The notes: a model not told the origin generated them from the sequence alone. DNA of 64,000 bases from Longimicrobiales bacterium (GCA_965116905.1 OZ220732.1:160001-224000); one strand, 5' to 3'; positions 1 through 9,954 are shown, numbered from the stretch's first letter. Numbers and translations: made by a program.

Positions 1-880
1 CCGGAATCCCCCCGGCCGTGGTCCCCACCACCGGCACGCCCGCCGCGCCCGCCTGCAACGCGGCCACGCCCAGGCCCTCGCGCAGCGGCGGGTGCACGCA
101 GAAGTCGAAGGATCCCAGCCATCGGTGGAGATCGGTCCGGAAGCCGGCGAAACGGATCTGGTCCGCGACCCCGGCGACCTCCGCCAGCGCCGCAACGTTC
201 TCCCCCATCGGGCCCCGGCCGAAGAGGACCACCCTGGGGGTCATGCCCCGGCGCTTCAGGATGGCCAGCGCATCGACGAGCACCCAGTGACCCTTGCGCG
301 GGATGAACTGGGCCACCATGGCCCCGGCCGGCTCACCCGGCACGAGCCCGAACTCGCCGTCCCGCGCCTCGCGGGCAACCGGCTCCACCCAGTCGCCGGC
401 CTCCACCGCCGAGTGGACCAGCGAAATCTTGTCGCGAGGCACGCCCTGGTCGATCAGAACCTCCCGCACGGCTGCCGAGATCGCGACCACGCGCCGGTAC
501 AGCCCGTACTTCGCCCCCACGATCCACCCCACGTCCCGGTTGTCCACACGGCGCGTCACCACGACCGGCACGCGGGCGACCGTGGCGGCCACGGCGCCCA
601 GGGTGTCGGCTCCGCGGCGCGAGTGCAGGTGCACCAGCTCCACATCGGCCCGGCGAAAGCGCGCGGCCATCCTCCCCAGCGCCAGGACATCGCCCTCGCC
701 ACGGAACGGGAACTCCTCCACGCGCAGCCACCGGTCCCGCGCCGCCGCCGCCACCTCCGAGCCGCGCGGCACCATCACCACCGACTCGATGCCGCGCTCC
801 TGCAGCCCCTGGGCGAGGTAGAGCACCTGCAGGGCGCCACCGTAGAGGTGCCGCCCGGTCTCGACATGGACGACGCTCAC
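1..880 (-). CDS. Glycosyltransferase family 4 (GT-B), 3' end runs off the window
   Basis: Minus-strand frame from GTG at 880 (GTGA overlap with upstream stop): VSVVHVETGRHLYGGALQV... and C-terminal LVHPALREGLGVAALQAGAAGVPVVGT, the GT4 E-x-x-G motif. Not in the ORF track because it is truncated. Confidence 0.85.
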   Translation of the reverse strand, partial: MSVVHVETGRHLYGGALQVLYLAQGLQERGIESVVMVPRGSEVAAAARDRWLRVEEFPFRGEGDVLALGRMAARFRRADVELVHLHSRRGADTLGAVAATVARVPVVVTRRVDNRDVGWIVGAKYGLYRRVVAISAAVREVLIDQGVPRDKISLVHSAVEAGDWVEPVAREARDGEFGLVPGEPAGAMVAQFIPRKGHWVLVDALAILKRRGMTPRVVLFGRGPMGENVAALAEVAGVADQIRFAGFRTDLHRWLGSFDFCVHPPLREGLGVAALQAGAAGVPVVGTTAGGIP

Positions 881-2070
881 GAGGCCTTCACGGCGACCGG
901 CAGGTGCATGTCAACGGTCGCCCCGCCCGCTGGATCCGCCCGGCCCGCCTCGGGCCCACCAGACCGCGCCGCCGACCCGGCCTCACGCAGCACCGCCCCC
1001 ACCGCCCCCACCACCTCGTCGACCGTGATGTCCCTCATGCAATCGACCCGCCCGTCACACGTCAGCTTCCCCCGGCACGGCGAGCAGCTCCTCCCCGAGT
1101 GCAGGATCCTCACGCCCGGACCCGGCGGATCCATGTACGGCGTGTTCGACCCGAACAGGAGCACCGCCGGACGGCCGTACACGTGCGCCATGTGGCTGAG
1201 TCCCGTATCCACGCCCACCAGCGCGCTGCAGCGGGACACCACCGCGGCCGCCTCCCCCAGCGTGGTGCGGCCCACCAGGTCCACCACGGGCCCACCCGCC
1301 CCAACATCGGGCACGTCCACACCCGCATCGGGCCCACCCGCCCCTTCCAGGATCCGATCCGCGGCCCCCCGGTCACCCGGGCCCCCGAGCATCACCACGC
1401 CCACGCGCATCCCGTCGCGGAGCCTGCGTATCACCCCGGACCAGCGCTCCTCCGACCAGTGCTTGTGGAAGCGCGTCGTGAACGGACACACGGCCACGAA
1501 CCCGGCTTCGAGCCCTTCCCGCTCCACGACGCGCGCGGCCATCCTCACCTCGGCGGCCGAGCGCGGGATCTCCAGCGCAAAAGACCGCGTGTCGAGGCCC
1601 AGCACGCCGGCAAGGTGGAGGTATTCGGACGCGATCCGCCGCGCATCGCCGCCGCGACTCACGACCTGGGTCATCAGGGCGCGCGACCCCTCCCGCGATC
1701 CCAGCCCGATGCGCACAGGAGCACCCGAGAGAAACGCCAGCAGGCCGCTGCGCAGAAGTCCCTGCGCATCGATGACGACATCGAAACGCGCGCCCCGCAG
1801 GCGGTCGAGCAGATCCGCCACGGCGCGCGCCAGCGCCCCCCAGCGGCCCGTTCGCAGCATGCGCTTCCACGCCGCGCGCTCCCACACGATCACTTCGTCC
1901 AGGTGCGGGTTGTGCCGGATCACGTCCGCCGTGCGCTCTTCGGCCGCCCAGGCGATGTGGGCATCCGGGCAGCGGTGGCGCAGCGCGCCCGCCAGAGGGG
2001 AGGCGAAGACCAGGTCGCCGCGCGCGGACAGGCGCACGATCAGGATCTTCCGAGCGGTTCGAGGAATCAT
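877..2070 (-). CDS. LPS heptosyltransferase (GT9, WaaC/WaaF family)
   Basis: KILIVRLSARGDLV, FDVVIDAQGLLRS, KHW, VGVDTGLSHMA motifs typical of GT9; ATG at 2070. Confidence 0.9.
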   Translation of the reverse strand: MIPRTARKILIVRLSARGDLVFASPLAGALRHRCPDAHIAWAAEERTADVIRHNPHLDEVIVWERAAWKRMLRTGRWGALARAVADLLDRLRGARFDVVIDAQGLLRSGLLAFLSGAPVRIGLGSREGSRALMTQVVSRGGDARRIASEYLHLAGVLGLDTRSFALEIPRSAAEVRMAARVVEREGLEAGFVAVCPFTTRFHKHWSEERWSGVIRRLRDGMRVGVVMLGGPGDRGAADRILEGAGGPDAGVDVPDVGAGGPVVDLVGRTTLGEAAAVVSRCSALVGVDTGLSHMAHVYGRPAVLLFGSNTPYMDPPGPGVRILHSGRSCSPCRGKLTCDGRVDCMRDITVDEVVGAVGAVLREAGSAARSGGPEAGRADPAGGATVDMHLPVAVKAS

Positions 2071-2119
2071 CGAATGAAGGTTATGATTGGCTGTTGCCGT
2101 CACAACTCCCCAACCAGGC

Positions 2120-3460
2120 ATGATCGGACTGTTTCGCGACCTCGCACTGGGTCTGGGTCTCGTCGCCTACGCCGTGCGCAAGCGCATCGGCAAGGGGAGC
2201 TGGCCCGCCGACCTGCGCAGCCGCAGCGGGCACCTGCCCCGACCCGTGCGCGGGGTGCGCCGGGCGCGCGGTCCGCGGATCCTGGTACACGGCGTCAGCG
2301 TCGGCGAGATCCACGCCCTGGAACCCCTGGTCGAGGCGCTGGCGGCCTCCCCGGCCGCGCCGGACGTCGTGGTCAGCGCCGGCACGGCGACCGGATTCGA
2401 ACGGGCGCGCAGGATCCACGCCCCGGGCCGCGAGGTCGTGCGCTTCCCGCTGGACTTCACGTGGATGACCGCCCGCTTCCTGGACGCGGTCCGCCCCGAC
2501 CTCGTCGTGCTGGGCGAGCTGGAGCTGTGGCCGTCCTTCCTCGCCGCGTGCGCGCGCCGGGACATTCCGGTCTGCGTCGTGAACGGCCGGCTGTCGGACC
2601 GCAGCTTCCGGGGCTACCGGCGGCTGCGCGCGCTGGCCCGCCCCATGTTCCGCCAGCTCGCCCTCGTGGCGGCCCAGACGCCTACCTACCGGGACCGGTT
2701 CGCGGCCATGGGCGTGCCGGCCGGCCGCGTGGTGGTGGGTGGCAGCCTGAAGTGGGACGCCGCGCGCGCCGACCCCGATCCGGCCGCGGCTGCCGCCCTC
2801 GCGGCCGGGCTCGGGATCGACCGGTCACGTCCCCTGATCGTCGCCGGGTCGACCGGACCGGGTGAGGAGGAGGCACTGCTGCGCGGCCTTCCCGACGGGT
2901 GCCAGCTGCTCCTGGCCCCGCGGAAGCCCGAGCGCTGGGACGCCGTCGCGCGCCTGGTTCCCGGGATGCCGCGCCGATCGCGGGCCGACGCTGGGGTGTC
3001 GCGGGCCGACGCGCGCCGATCGCACGCCGACGCGGGGCGGGTGCGCCAGACCCCCCGCGTCTTCCTTCTCGACACCATCGGCGACCTCCCCTCGGCCTAT
3101 CTTCTCGCGGACGCGGTCTTCGTCGGCCGCAGCCTCATCCCGCTCGGCGGCTCCAATCCGCTGGAGGCCACGGCTCTGGGGAAGCCCGTCGTAACCGGCC
3201 CCCACCACGAGCACTTTGCCGGCGTGGTAGACGCCTTGCAGCAGGAAGGCGGGATCGCGGTAGCGCCCGACCCGATGGCGGTCATCCGCGGCTGGCTCGC
3301 CGACCCCGAGGCCGCCGCCGTGGTGGCCGAAGGCGCCCGCCGGGCGATGGAACAACATCGCGGCGTGGCGCGGGCAACGGCCGCCCGCGTACTGGGGCTG
3401 CTTCGCAAAGCTGCCATCGAGGCACGCGACTACCAGAAGAAGACGGTCGCCGACAGGTAG
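2120..3460 (+). CDS. waaA: 3-deoxy-D-manno-octulosonic acid (Kdo) transferase
   Basis: HGVSVGE, PLD, ELELWP, NGRLS, LKWD, AGST, APRKPER, DTIGDL, GGSNPLE motifs. Confidence 0.92.
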   Translation: MIGLFRDLALGLGLVAYAVRKRIGKGSWPADLRSRSGHLPRPVRGVRRARGPRILVHGVSVGEIHALEPLVEALAASPAAPDVVVSAGTATGFERARRIHAPGREVVRFPLDFTWMTARFLDAVRPDLVVLGELELWPSFLAACARRDIPVCVVNGRLSDRSFRGYRRLRALARPMFRQLALVAAQTPTYRDRFAAMGVPAGRVVVGGSLKWDAARADPDPAAAAALAAGLGIDRSRPLIVAGSTGPGEEEALLRGLPDGCQLLLAPRKPERWDAVARLVPGMPRRSRADAGVSRADARRSHADAGRVRQTPRVFLLDTIGDLPSAYLLADAVFVGRSLIPLGGSNPLEATALGKPVVTGPHHEHFAGVVDALQQEGGIAVAPDPMAVIRGWLADPEAAAVVAEGARRAMEQHRGVARATAARVLGLLRKAAIEARDYQKKTVADR

Positions 3461-4644
3461 CCCACGCGGGGCAGCGCCCCGAACTCCGACCCCAGCGACA
3501 GGTCGACACCGTCCAGCGACAGCCCCTCCCCGGCCCCGAAGAACGCCCCCGCGCTCAGGCCCAGGCTCTCGCTCGCCGAGTACGCCAGGGCGGGAGCGAA
3601 AATGAACGAGCCGTCCCGGAGGCTCCCCAGCACCAGCGAGCTGACCGAAACCAGCGGATGCACCGGGTACGACATCTGCAGCGCGCCCACGTCGCGCCCC
3701 AGCACCTGCATCTCGCCCTGCTCGAACGCCCGGCTCCGCGCGGCGTCCAGCAACCCGTCCGGCGAGGTGGCGCCGAAGCCGTCGCGCTGGTACTCGACTA
3801 CCACGTACAGGTCCCGTCCCGCCACGGGGAACGTCCTGTCCAGCCCCACCGTGCCCCGCGCCACGAGCCGATCCTCCAGGTCGCGCACCTCGCCTTCCGC
3901 CCGTAGGGCCCACAGGCCCACGGAACCGCTCAGGAACGCGGCCGCCCCGAAGGTGTCGTGCACCACGCCGCCCCACGCACCGAGGTCCCAGCCGCCCCGG
4001 TTCGAACTGACGCGTCCGAGCATCGTCAGAGTCTCCCGGTCGCCCTGGCGCGCGGGCCGGGCCACGACCTCGAACTGCGTGAACGAACCGCGGTAGTACC
4101 GGAGCCGCGCCGCATCCACCCCGGGCCGGTACTCCCGAAAGGGGTCCGCCGGGTCGAAGGGCGAGAACGGGTCGGCCGGGGTGAGGATCAGCGTCGTCGC
4201 CCACGATACCGGCTGCCGTCCGATCACCAGATCCGCGCTGCTGCCCAGGTCGATCCGCGCACTCAGCCGGTCCACCCGGTGCCGCCACAGCGTTCGCGCG
4301 CTCGACCGGATCTCGCCTCCGAGGGACAGCCAGTCCCCACCCGACGCGGTTCCCGCCGCGGTAAAGAGCTGGGCCCCCAGCACCCCCTCCTGCCTCAGCG
4401 TCAGCGAGTGCTCGTAGGCCGCGTCCAGGCGCAGGGGCCCGGCCGATCCGTTCCACATGAGCCGGAGCCGCTGGAAGTCGGTCATTCCGGCGGGCGCGAG
4501 CAAACTCTCCGTGACGCCCGTGAACAGGTTCAGGTAGTACCCCGACAGCCCCCGCTGCTGGGCCACCGCACCGTGGGGCACCAGGGTCGCCAACAGCGGC
4601 ACCGCGAGGGCCGCCCGCCGCAGCCGCCATCGTCTACGCGGCAT
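3430..4644 (-). CDS. Putative outer-membrane beta-barrel protein associated with the Lol-like ABC system
   Basis: Signal peptide (...GAVAQ), GRQPVSW..FSP and GVDA motifs, amphipathic beta strands, aromatic C-terminus (TVFFW); last gene of the ABC operon. Confidence 0.6.
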   Translation of the reverse strand: MPRRRWRLRRAALAVPLLATLVPHGAVAQQRGLSGYYLNLFTGVTESLLAPAGMTDFQRLRLMWNGSAGPLRLDAAYEHSLTLRQEGVLGAQLFTAAGTASGGDWLSLGGEIRSSARTLWRHRVDRLSARIDLGSSADLVIGRQPVSWATTLILTPADPFSPFDPADPFREYRPGVDAARLRYYRGSFTQFEVVARPARQGDRETLTMLGRVSSNRGGWDLGAWGGVVHDTFGAAAFLSGSVGLWALRAEGEVRDLEDRLVARGTVGLDRTFPVAGRDLYVVVEYQRDGFGATSPDGLLDAARSRAFEQGEMQVLGRDVGALQMSYPVHPLVSVSSLVLGSLRDGSFIFAPALAYSASESLGLSAGAFFGAGEGLSLDGVDLSLGSEFGALPRVGYLSATVFFW

Positions 4645-5383
4645 CACCGGACACGATCTCCTCGGCGACACGCCCGTCGACCAGCCGGATCAGCCGGCTC
4701 GCACGCTCCATGACCCTGGGGTCGTGCGTCGAGAACACGAATGTTGTCCCGTTGTCGCGATTGAGCGTCTCCATCACGTCGAGCAACGCATCCGCCGTTG
4801 CCGAGTCGACGTTCGCCGTCGGTTCATCGGCCAGCACGAGCGCCGGTTCGCCGAGCACCGCCCGCGCCACCGCCACGCGCTGCTGCTGCCCCCCCGACAA
4901 CTTGAGCGGACTGCGGTCCTCGATGCCCTCCAGCCCGATCTGACGGAACAGACGCCGCACCCGCCGCCGCCGCTCCGCCGCGGGCACGCCCTGCAGCAGC
5001 AGCGTGAACTCCGCGTTCTCAAGGGCCGTGAGCACCGGAAGGAGGTTGTAGGACTGAAAGACGAATCCGATCCGCGAAAGCCGTACTTCCGCCAGCGCCT
5101 TGTCCGGTAGCGCCGAGATCTCGCGGCCCTCGATCCACACCTTCCCCCGTGAAGGGCGGGTCAGTCCTCCCAGCAGGTTGAGCACGGTGGTCTTCCCGGA
5201 CCCCGACGGTCCCGCCATCACCACGAATTCGCCCGGGGCCACCACGAGGTCGACGCCCCGCACCGCCTCGACCGGACGCGGATCCTGCGGATAGATCTTC
5301 CACAGGTCCTCGGTGCGGACCGCGTGGTCGGAGGCGGCGCGCGCCCCGGAGCCGGTAGTCGATTCCATTTGTTCCACCTTCAC
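4634..5383 (-). CDS. ABC transporter ATP-binding protein (LolD/MacB-like)
   Basis: Walker A GPSGSGKT, signature LSGGQQQRV, Walker B VLADEPT, STHD. Confidence 0.95.
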   Translation of the reverse strand: MKVEQMESTTGSGARAASDHAVRTEDLWKIYPQDPRPVEAVRGVDLVVAPGEFVVMAGPSGSGKTTVLNLLGGLTRPSRGKVWIEGREISALPDKALAEVRLSRIGFVFQSYNLLPVLTALENAEFTLLLQGVPAAERRRRVRRLFRQIGLEGIEDRSPLKLSGGQQQRVAVARAVLGEPALVLADEPTANVDSATADALLDVMETLNRDNGTTFVFSTHDPRVMERASRLIRLVDGRVAEEIVSGDAA

Positions 5384-5384
5384 T

Positions 5385-6638
5385 CTATTCCACCTTCACT
5401 GATTCGGCCGGGTCCAGACGGGCGGCGTGCCACGCCGGATACAGCGACGCGGACAGCCCGATCACCGTCGTCAGCACCACGCTCTGGACCAGGTGCGCGA
5501 GTTCGATTGCGGGGTACATGACGGGATTGAAGACGATGCCTCCGAAGGTGATGTCGGCGGGCATCAGGTCCGTGAAATCCAGTCCGTTGCGGAAGAAGAT
5601 CCATACCACGGCGAATCCCAGCGCCACTCCCGCGAATCCGCTCGCCAGCGTCAGCAGCACGCCCTCGACAAAGACCACGAGGCCCGTCTCGGCCCCGCTC
5701 AGCCCGAGGGCGCGCAGGAGGCCCAGTTCACGCTTGCGGTGCAGCACGGATATGAATACGGCGTTGAGGATCGCCAGGGTCACGATGGCGAAGAGGATCA
5801 GGTGGAAGACCCAGTCCCCAGCGTCGTCGATCTTCACGGCCGAGTAGAGCTCGCGGGCCGTCTCCGGCCACCCGGCCACCTCGATCCCGGAGCCCTCCAG
5901 CGCGGCCCGCGCCTCCGTCAGCACGGGATCGGTGAGGGTGGAGTGGGGGAGGACCATGGAGACGCTTGTGGCGCCCTCCACCCCGAGCCAGGAGCGCGCG
6001 ACCGCGAGCGGGATGTGGACCAGGGATTCGTCCAGTTCGTCGAGTCCGGTGCGGTACGTTCCCGCGACGCGGACGAGCTGGCCCGCAATGTCGCCGGACG
6101 CGGCCTGGGCGGTCAGCACCATTCTCGACCCGGTCCGCACGCCGAGCCTGGCGGCCATCCCCGCCCCGATGAAAGCGTGCAGACGGTCGCCCTGCTGCAG
6201 ATAGCGCCCGGTGGCGGGATCGGCGCCCAGCTCGGAGAACGCGAGTTCCGAGGCGGGATCGACGCCCACGATCAGCGCCGGGAGCGCCCCGTCGGCCGAC
6301 GATGCGAGTCCGCGCGTCGCGACCCGCACGGTCGTGATCGCCGGCCCGGTCAGCGGTGCCAGGGCGGCAGCCCCCAGCGAAGCCTCGACCTGTCCAGGGG
6401 TCAGGCGGTCGTCCAGGCTCTCGCTGTCGCGGTAGCCGGGCGCGTTGAACGAGACGTGACCCGACGCGAGCCTCACGCCGGAGTCGATCCAGTCCTCATG
6501 CGCGCCGTCCGCAAGGGTCCGGGAGAGGATGAGCAGGGCAAGCCCGACGGTCATCGCGGCCGCGGTCAGCGCGCTCCGCCGCATTTCGCGCCCCAGGTTG
6601 CGCAGCGCGAGCCAGACCAGCGTGGGGGAGCGGATCAT
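5385..6638 (-). CDS. ABC transporter permease (FtsX/LolC-E-like)
   Basis: LALRNLGR..RRS N-terminal TM, periplasmic domain, HRKRELGLLRALG, YPAWHAARLDP; ATGA overlap with upstream gene. Confidence 0.9.
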   Translation of the reverse strand: MIRSPTLVWLALRNLGREMRRSALTAAAMTVGLALLILSRTLADGAHEDWIDSGVRLASGHVSFNAPGYRDSESLDDRLTPGQVEASLGAAALAPLTGPAITTVRVATRGLASSADGALPALIVGVDPASELAFSELGADPATGRYLQQGDRLHAFIGAGMAARLGVRTGSRMVLTAQAASGDIAGQLVRVAGTYRTGLDELDESLVHIPLAVARSWLGVEGATSVSMVLPHSTLTDPVLTEARAALEGSGIEVAGWPETARELYSAVKIDDAGDWVFHLILFAIVTLAILNAVFISVLHRKRELGLLRALGLSGAETGLVVFVEGVLLTLASGFAGVALGFAVVWIFFRNGLDFTDLMPADITFGGIVFNPVMYPAIELAHLVQSVVLTTVIGLSASLYPAWHAARLDPAESVKVE

Positions 6639-7894
6639 CGGTCGGCGAGCACGTCGGCGGGGGGCAGGCGCGCTGCGCGCCAGGCCGGGAGAAGCGCCGA
6701 GACGATGCCCGTGCCCAGCAGCGCCACGGCGCTGACCAGCGGTTCCAGGAAGGAGTACTCGACGGTCAGCTGGGGCCGGATCGCCGAGCCCATGAACGAA
6801 TAGGTGCCGATGAAGGAGCTCAGGTCGATGGGGTTCGCGTGGACGTGGGCCATGAGGGGGAACGCCAGGACCGCGCCCGCCGCCAGGGCGACCACGCCGA
6901 GCAGAATGCCCTCGTACACGACGATCCGCCCCAGCGCGCGGCCCGAAGTCCCCAGCGCCCGGGCCACGGCGAACTCGCGGCGGCGCTCGAAGGTCGCCAG
7001 GAGCATCGTGTTGGCGACGCCGAAGACCGCCATGCCGAAGATGATGAACGCCACGACCGAGTTCATCGCGCTGGCAAGGCTGACCACGAAGTAGAGCTGC
7101 CCGAGAAACACCGACCACGGTTCCGTGACCAGGTCCGGCGACAGCCCCGCGACGGCAACTGCAACCCGCTCCGCCACGGGGTCCGCGTCGCGCACGCGGT
7201 CCACCGAAATCGCCACCTCGTGGATCCGGCCTCGGTCCATCGCCAGGAAGTCCTGCAGCGTGCCCAGTTCGAGCAGCGCGTAGCTGTCGTCGAAGCCGCC
7301 GAGGCCCAGGCGAAAGATCCCCGACACGGTGAACAGGTCGTTGCCCGTCGAACCGTCCGCCGCCGGCGCCACAAGTACCGCCTCGTCGCCCGCTGCGATG
7401 CCGATCTTCTCGGCCAGCGCGGCCCCCACCGCCACCTCGCCCGGCCCCGGCATCCCCCCCTCCACGAAGACGCTCCCGAAGCGGCTGACGCGCGGCTCGC
7501 GCTCCGGGTCCACGCCCATCAGCACGGCTCCCACCGTCTCGTCGCCGGAGCTGACCAGCCCTCCGCCGTAGAGGCGCGGCGCGACCCCGGCCACGCCCTC
7601 CTGCGCCGCGGCGGCCACCAGCGCGCTCACATCCAGGCCTTCGCGGCCCCCCATCGTGTCATGGATGCTGCGCTCGGGACGGTATCCTTCGGCATGGATC
7701 TGGATCTGCCCCGTCACCACCTCGGTGCCGTTGGAGACCATCTCCTCCATCATGCCGTTCATGAAGCCCATCATGAGGACCGCGGCGACGAAGCCGAAGG
7801 AGAGCGCGGACGCAGTGAGGACCGTGCGGCGGCGGTTCCGCCACAGATTCCGCCACGCCATCCGCCACCAGATGTCCCGGGTGCCGAGGCTCAC
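6635..7894 (-). CDS. ABC transporter permease (FtsX/LolC-E-like)
   Basis: MAWRNLWRNRRRT, ERRREFAVARALG, PAWRAARLPP. Confidence 0.9.
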   Translation of the reverse strand: MSLGTRDIWWRMAWRNLWRNRRRTVLTASALSFGFVAAVLMMGFMNGMMEEMVSNGTEVVTGQIQIHAEGYRPERSIHDTMGGREGLDVSALVAAAAQEGVAGVAPRLYGGGLVSSGDETVGAVLMGVDPEREPRVSRFGSVFVEGGMPGPGEVAVGAALAEKIGIAAGDEAVLVAPAADGSTGNDLFTVSGIFRLGLGGFDDSYALLELGTLQDFLAMDRGRIHEVAISVDRVRDADPVAERVAVAVAGLSPDLVTEPWSVFLGQLYFVVSLASAMNSVVAFIIFGMAVFGVANTMLLATFERRREFAVARALGTSGRALGRIVVYEGILLGVVALAAGAVLAFPLMAHVHANPIDLSSFIGTYSFMGSAIRPQLTVEYSFLEPLVSAVALLGTGIVSALLPAWRAARLPPADVLADR

Positions 7895-7913
7895 GGCGGC
7901 CCGACCCGGTCGG

Positions 7914-8708
7914 TCATTGGCGCGCGCGCAGGTTGCGTAGGCTGAAGAAGTCCTCGTCGAGCCCGACATCGAACTCGATCTCGACGTAGGTGATCACGGT
8001 ACGCTCTTCGGCGTCGGCGGGTTCGATCACGATCCGCGTGGGAATGGTACGGCCGCCCATGGTCCGTATGTCGGAAAAGGTCATCCTACGCGCCAGGGTG
8101 CCGTCCTCGTCGTAGTAGTGGGACCACAGCGGCATCCGGTCGCGCTTGCGGATCCGCTGTTCGATCCGGCCCCAGATCACCGGCGCCTCGGGCCTGGGCG
8201 TCATGGTGAACTCCCAGACATCCTCGCCATCCCGGTCGCCCTCGTGCGAGATGACGATATCGTAGTCCTCGATGAGCCGGCTCTCCTTGACCAGGTCGTC
8301 GTTGGTCACGTGCGAGCCCATCCACGAGCCCAGCATCATGGAGGGCGGGATCTTGATCGTGCGGTCCGCCCGCGGCAGGTAGTTCCAGACCTCGTTCTCG
8401 ACCTTGAGCGTGGCCGTGCCCGCCTCGCGCGCCGGGCTCTCCACCCGGATCAGCGAATACTCCGTCCCCAGCGACCAGATCTCCATCTCCAGCGAGCGCG
8501 ACCAGTGCTCGGTATCGATCTCCATGAGCATGCTGCCCGCGCTGGACGCGCCCTGCATCATCCGGTCGACATCGTCGATGATCTCCAGGATCTCCGGATC
8601 GGTCTGGGCTGCAACCGGTGCGGCCGCGAGCACGGCACCCACCGCGAGCACGGCGCTGGCCGCGGGCACGGCTCCCACAGGGATGAACCGGATCGACGGC
8701 TTCTTCAT
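7914..8708 (-). CDS. Outer-membrane lipoprotein-sorting protein (LolA-like)
   Basis: RBS GAGGAG before ATG 8708; signal peptide; SPAREAGTATLK..WNYLP..SWMGS..DL and FSLRNL motifs of the LolA-like family. Confidence 0.85.
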   Translation of the reverse strand: MKKPSIRFIPVGAVPAASAVLAVGAVLAAAPVAAQTDPEILEIIDDVDRMMQGASSAGSMLMEIDTEHWSRSLEMEIWSLGTEYSLIRVESPAREAGTATLKVENEVWNYLPRADRTIKIPPSMMLGSWMGSHVTNDDLVKESRLIEDYDIVISHEGDRDGEDVWEFTMTPRPEAPVIWGRIEQRIRKRDRMPLWSHYYDEDGTLARRMTFSDIRTMGGRTIPTRIVIEPADAEERTVITYVEIEFDVGLDEDFFSLRNLRARQ

Positions 8709-8855
8709 ATCTGTCTCCTCAATCCTCACGACTTCCGGGCGCCTCTCGTAAACTGGCCCCCGTGCGCCGGAAACACTATTGTGCCGCGCTGTCGGGAGCC
8801 AGCCCGACAGGCCAACCCGACAGGCGATGACATCTATCGGAAAGGAAAAGCCCCC

Positions 8856-9416
8856 TTGGTTACGATTACGGCCCTGTGGGTCCCAATCCTTCTCTCCGCG
8901 CTGGTCGTCTTCGTGGTGAGCGCCATGGTCTGGATGGTCATGCCGCACCACAAGAAAGACTTCGCGCGAGCTGATGACGAGGACGGCCTGATGGACGCGG
9001 TGCGCGACGGCACGGGCGGCCCCGGCATGTACATGTTCCCGCACGCGCCGGACAGCGAGGTGAACAGCGAGGCCTACCGCGAGCGGTTGAAGGCCGGACC
9101 CGTCGGCATCCTGCGCGTTCGGGATCCGCAGAGCGTCCTCGACATGAAGCCCGCCATGGCCAAATCGGTCGTCCTGTACCTGGTGGTCGGCGTCTTCGTC
9201 GCCTACCTGGCGTCGGTCACGCTGGATCCCGGCGCCTCGTACCTGTCGGTCTTCCAGGTCACGGGCACCGCGGCCTTCATGGCCTACGGCTTCATCGGCT
9301 ACCAGGAGAGCATCTGGTTCGGACTGCCCGGCTCCGTCGCGTTCAAGCACAGCATCGACGGATTGGCCTACGCCCTTCTCACCGCCGGGATCTTCGGCTG
9401 GCTGTGGCCCGCCTGA
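8856..9416 (+). CDS. Conserved hypothetical membrane protein
   Basis: TTG start after AAAGGA; four hydrophobic segments; PHHKKD and PGMYMFP motifs; GC3-biased frame. Confidence 0.7.
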   Translation: MVTITALWVPILLSALVVFVVSAMVWMVMPHHKKDFARADDEDGLMDAVRDGTGGPGMYMFPHAPDSEVNSEAYRERLKAGPVGILRVRDPQSVLDMKPAMAKSVVLYLVVGVFVAYLASVTLDPGASYLSVFQVTGTAAFMAYGFIGYQESIWFGLPGSVAFKHSIDGLAYALLTAGIFGWLWPA

Positions 9417-9495
9417 GAATCACCGGAACCCTCTGGCCCCGGCCCCAAACCGGGCCTCCTCCCACTCACCCCTGCACCGCAGGAGCCGCCAACAC

Positions 9496-9954
9496 ATGAG
9501 CGACATCGTCTACGAAGCCAGCGTCGGGATCGAGCGCGTGCGCGGCCCCGAACGGCTTGCCTACATCCCGGCCCACGAGGGCGCCGTCGAGTTCGGCGTG
9601 CACGGTGCGATCGCCGAGCACTACGGCGTCCGCCCGCGAACGGAGACGTCGACCACCCTCGACTACGTGATCGCCGCAACCGGCGGCTGACTCGTCGGCA
9701 CCTTCGGAGGCGTGCTGGAGGCACGCGGGATCGATGCGTCGGGAGGCAAGCTCACGGCGGAAGTGCACGGCAGCGTCGGCAAGGACGACGGCGTTCTGGT
9801 CATTCGGCGGATTCACTGCAAGTACCTGCTGAAGGCGGGCGACGCCGACGGTAGCGCCGTTCAGCGGGCCTTCGAACTGCACCCCATGCGATGTCCCGTC
9901 TACCGGACGCTGCATCGATGCATCGAGATCACGACGGAGTTGGCGATCGTGTAG
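9496..9954 (+). CDS. OsmC-family peroxiredoxin-like protein with in-frame UGA (probable selenocysteine) at 9688-9690
   Basis: ORFs 9496-9690 and 9712-9954 are in the same frame; joined read gives ...DYVIAATGG-U-LVGTFGGVLEARGI...HPMRCPVYRTL, UGA at the first catalytic Cys position and CPV second Cys; RBS AGGAG upstream. Confidence 0.85.
9710..9726 (+). promoter_or_regulatory. Candidate bacterial SECIS hairpin
   Basis: GCGTGC-TGGAG-GCACGC: perfect 6-bp stem, apical loop begins 26 nt after the UGA with G in position 2. Confidence 0.6.

Noticed and set aside
92..2865. Long plus-strand ORFs 92-2077 and 904-2865, and many similar long antisense ORFs (e.g. 22147-24321, 34771-36792, 42979-45105)
   Set aside because: Shadow ORFs of high-GC DNA: Arg/Pro/Ala-rich, no motifs, and overlapping well-supported genes
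9496..9690. OsmC gene as a nonsense pseudogene or two small genes
   Set aside because: The stop is TGA exactly at the catalytic Cys position, both halves are intact and in frame, and a SECIS-like hairpin follows
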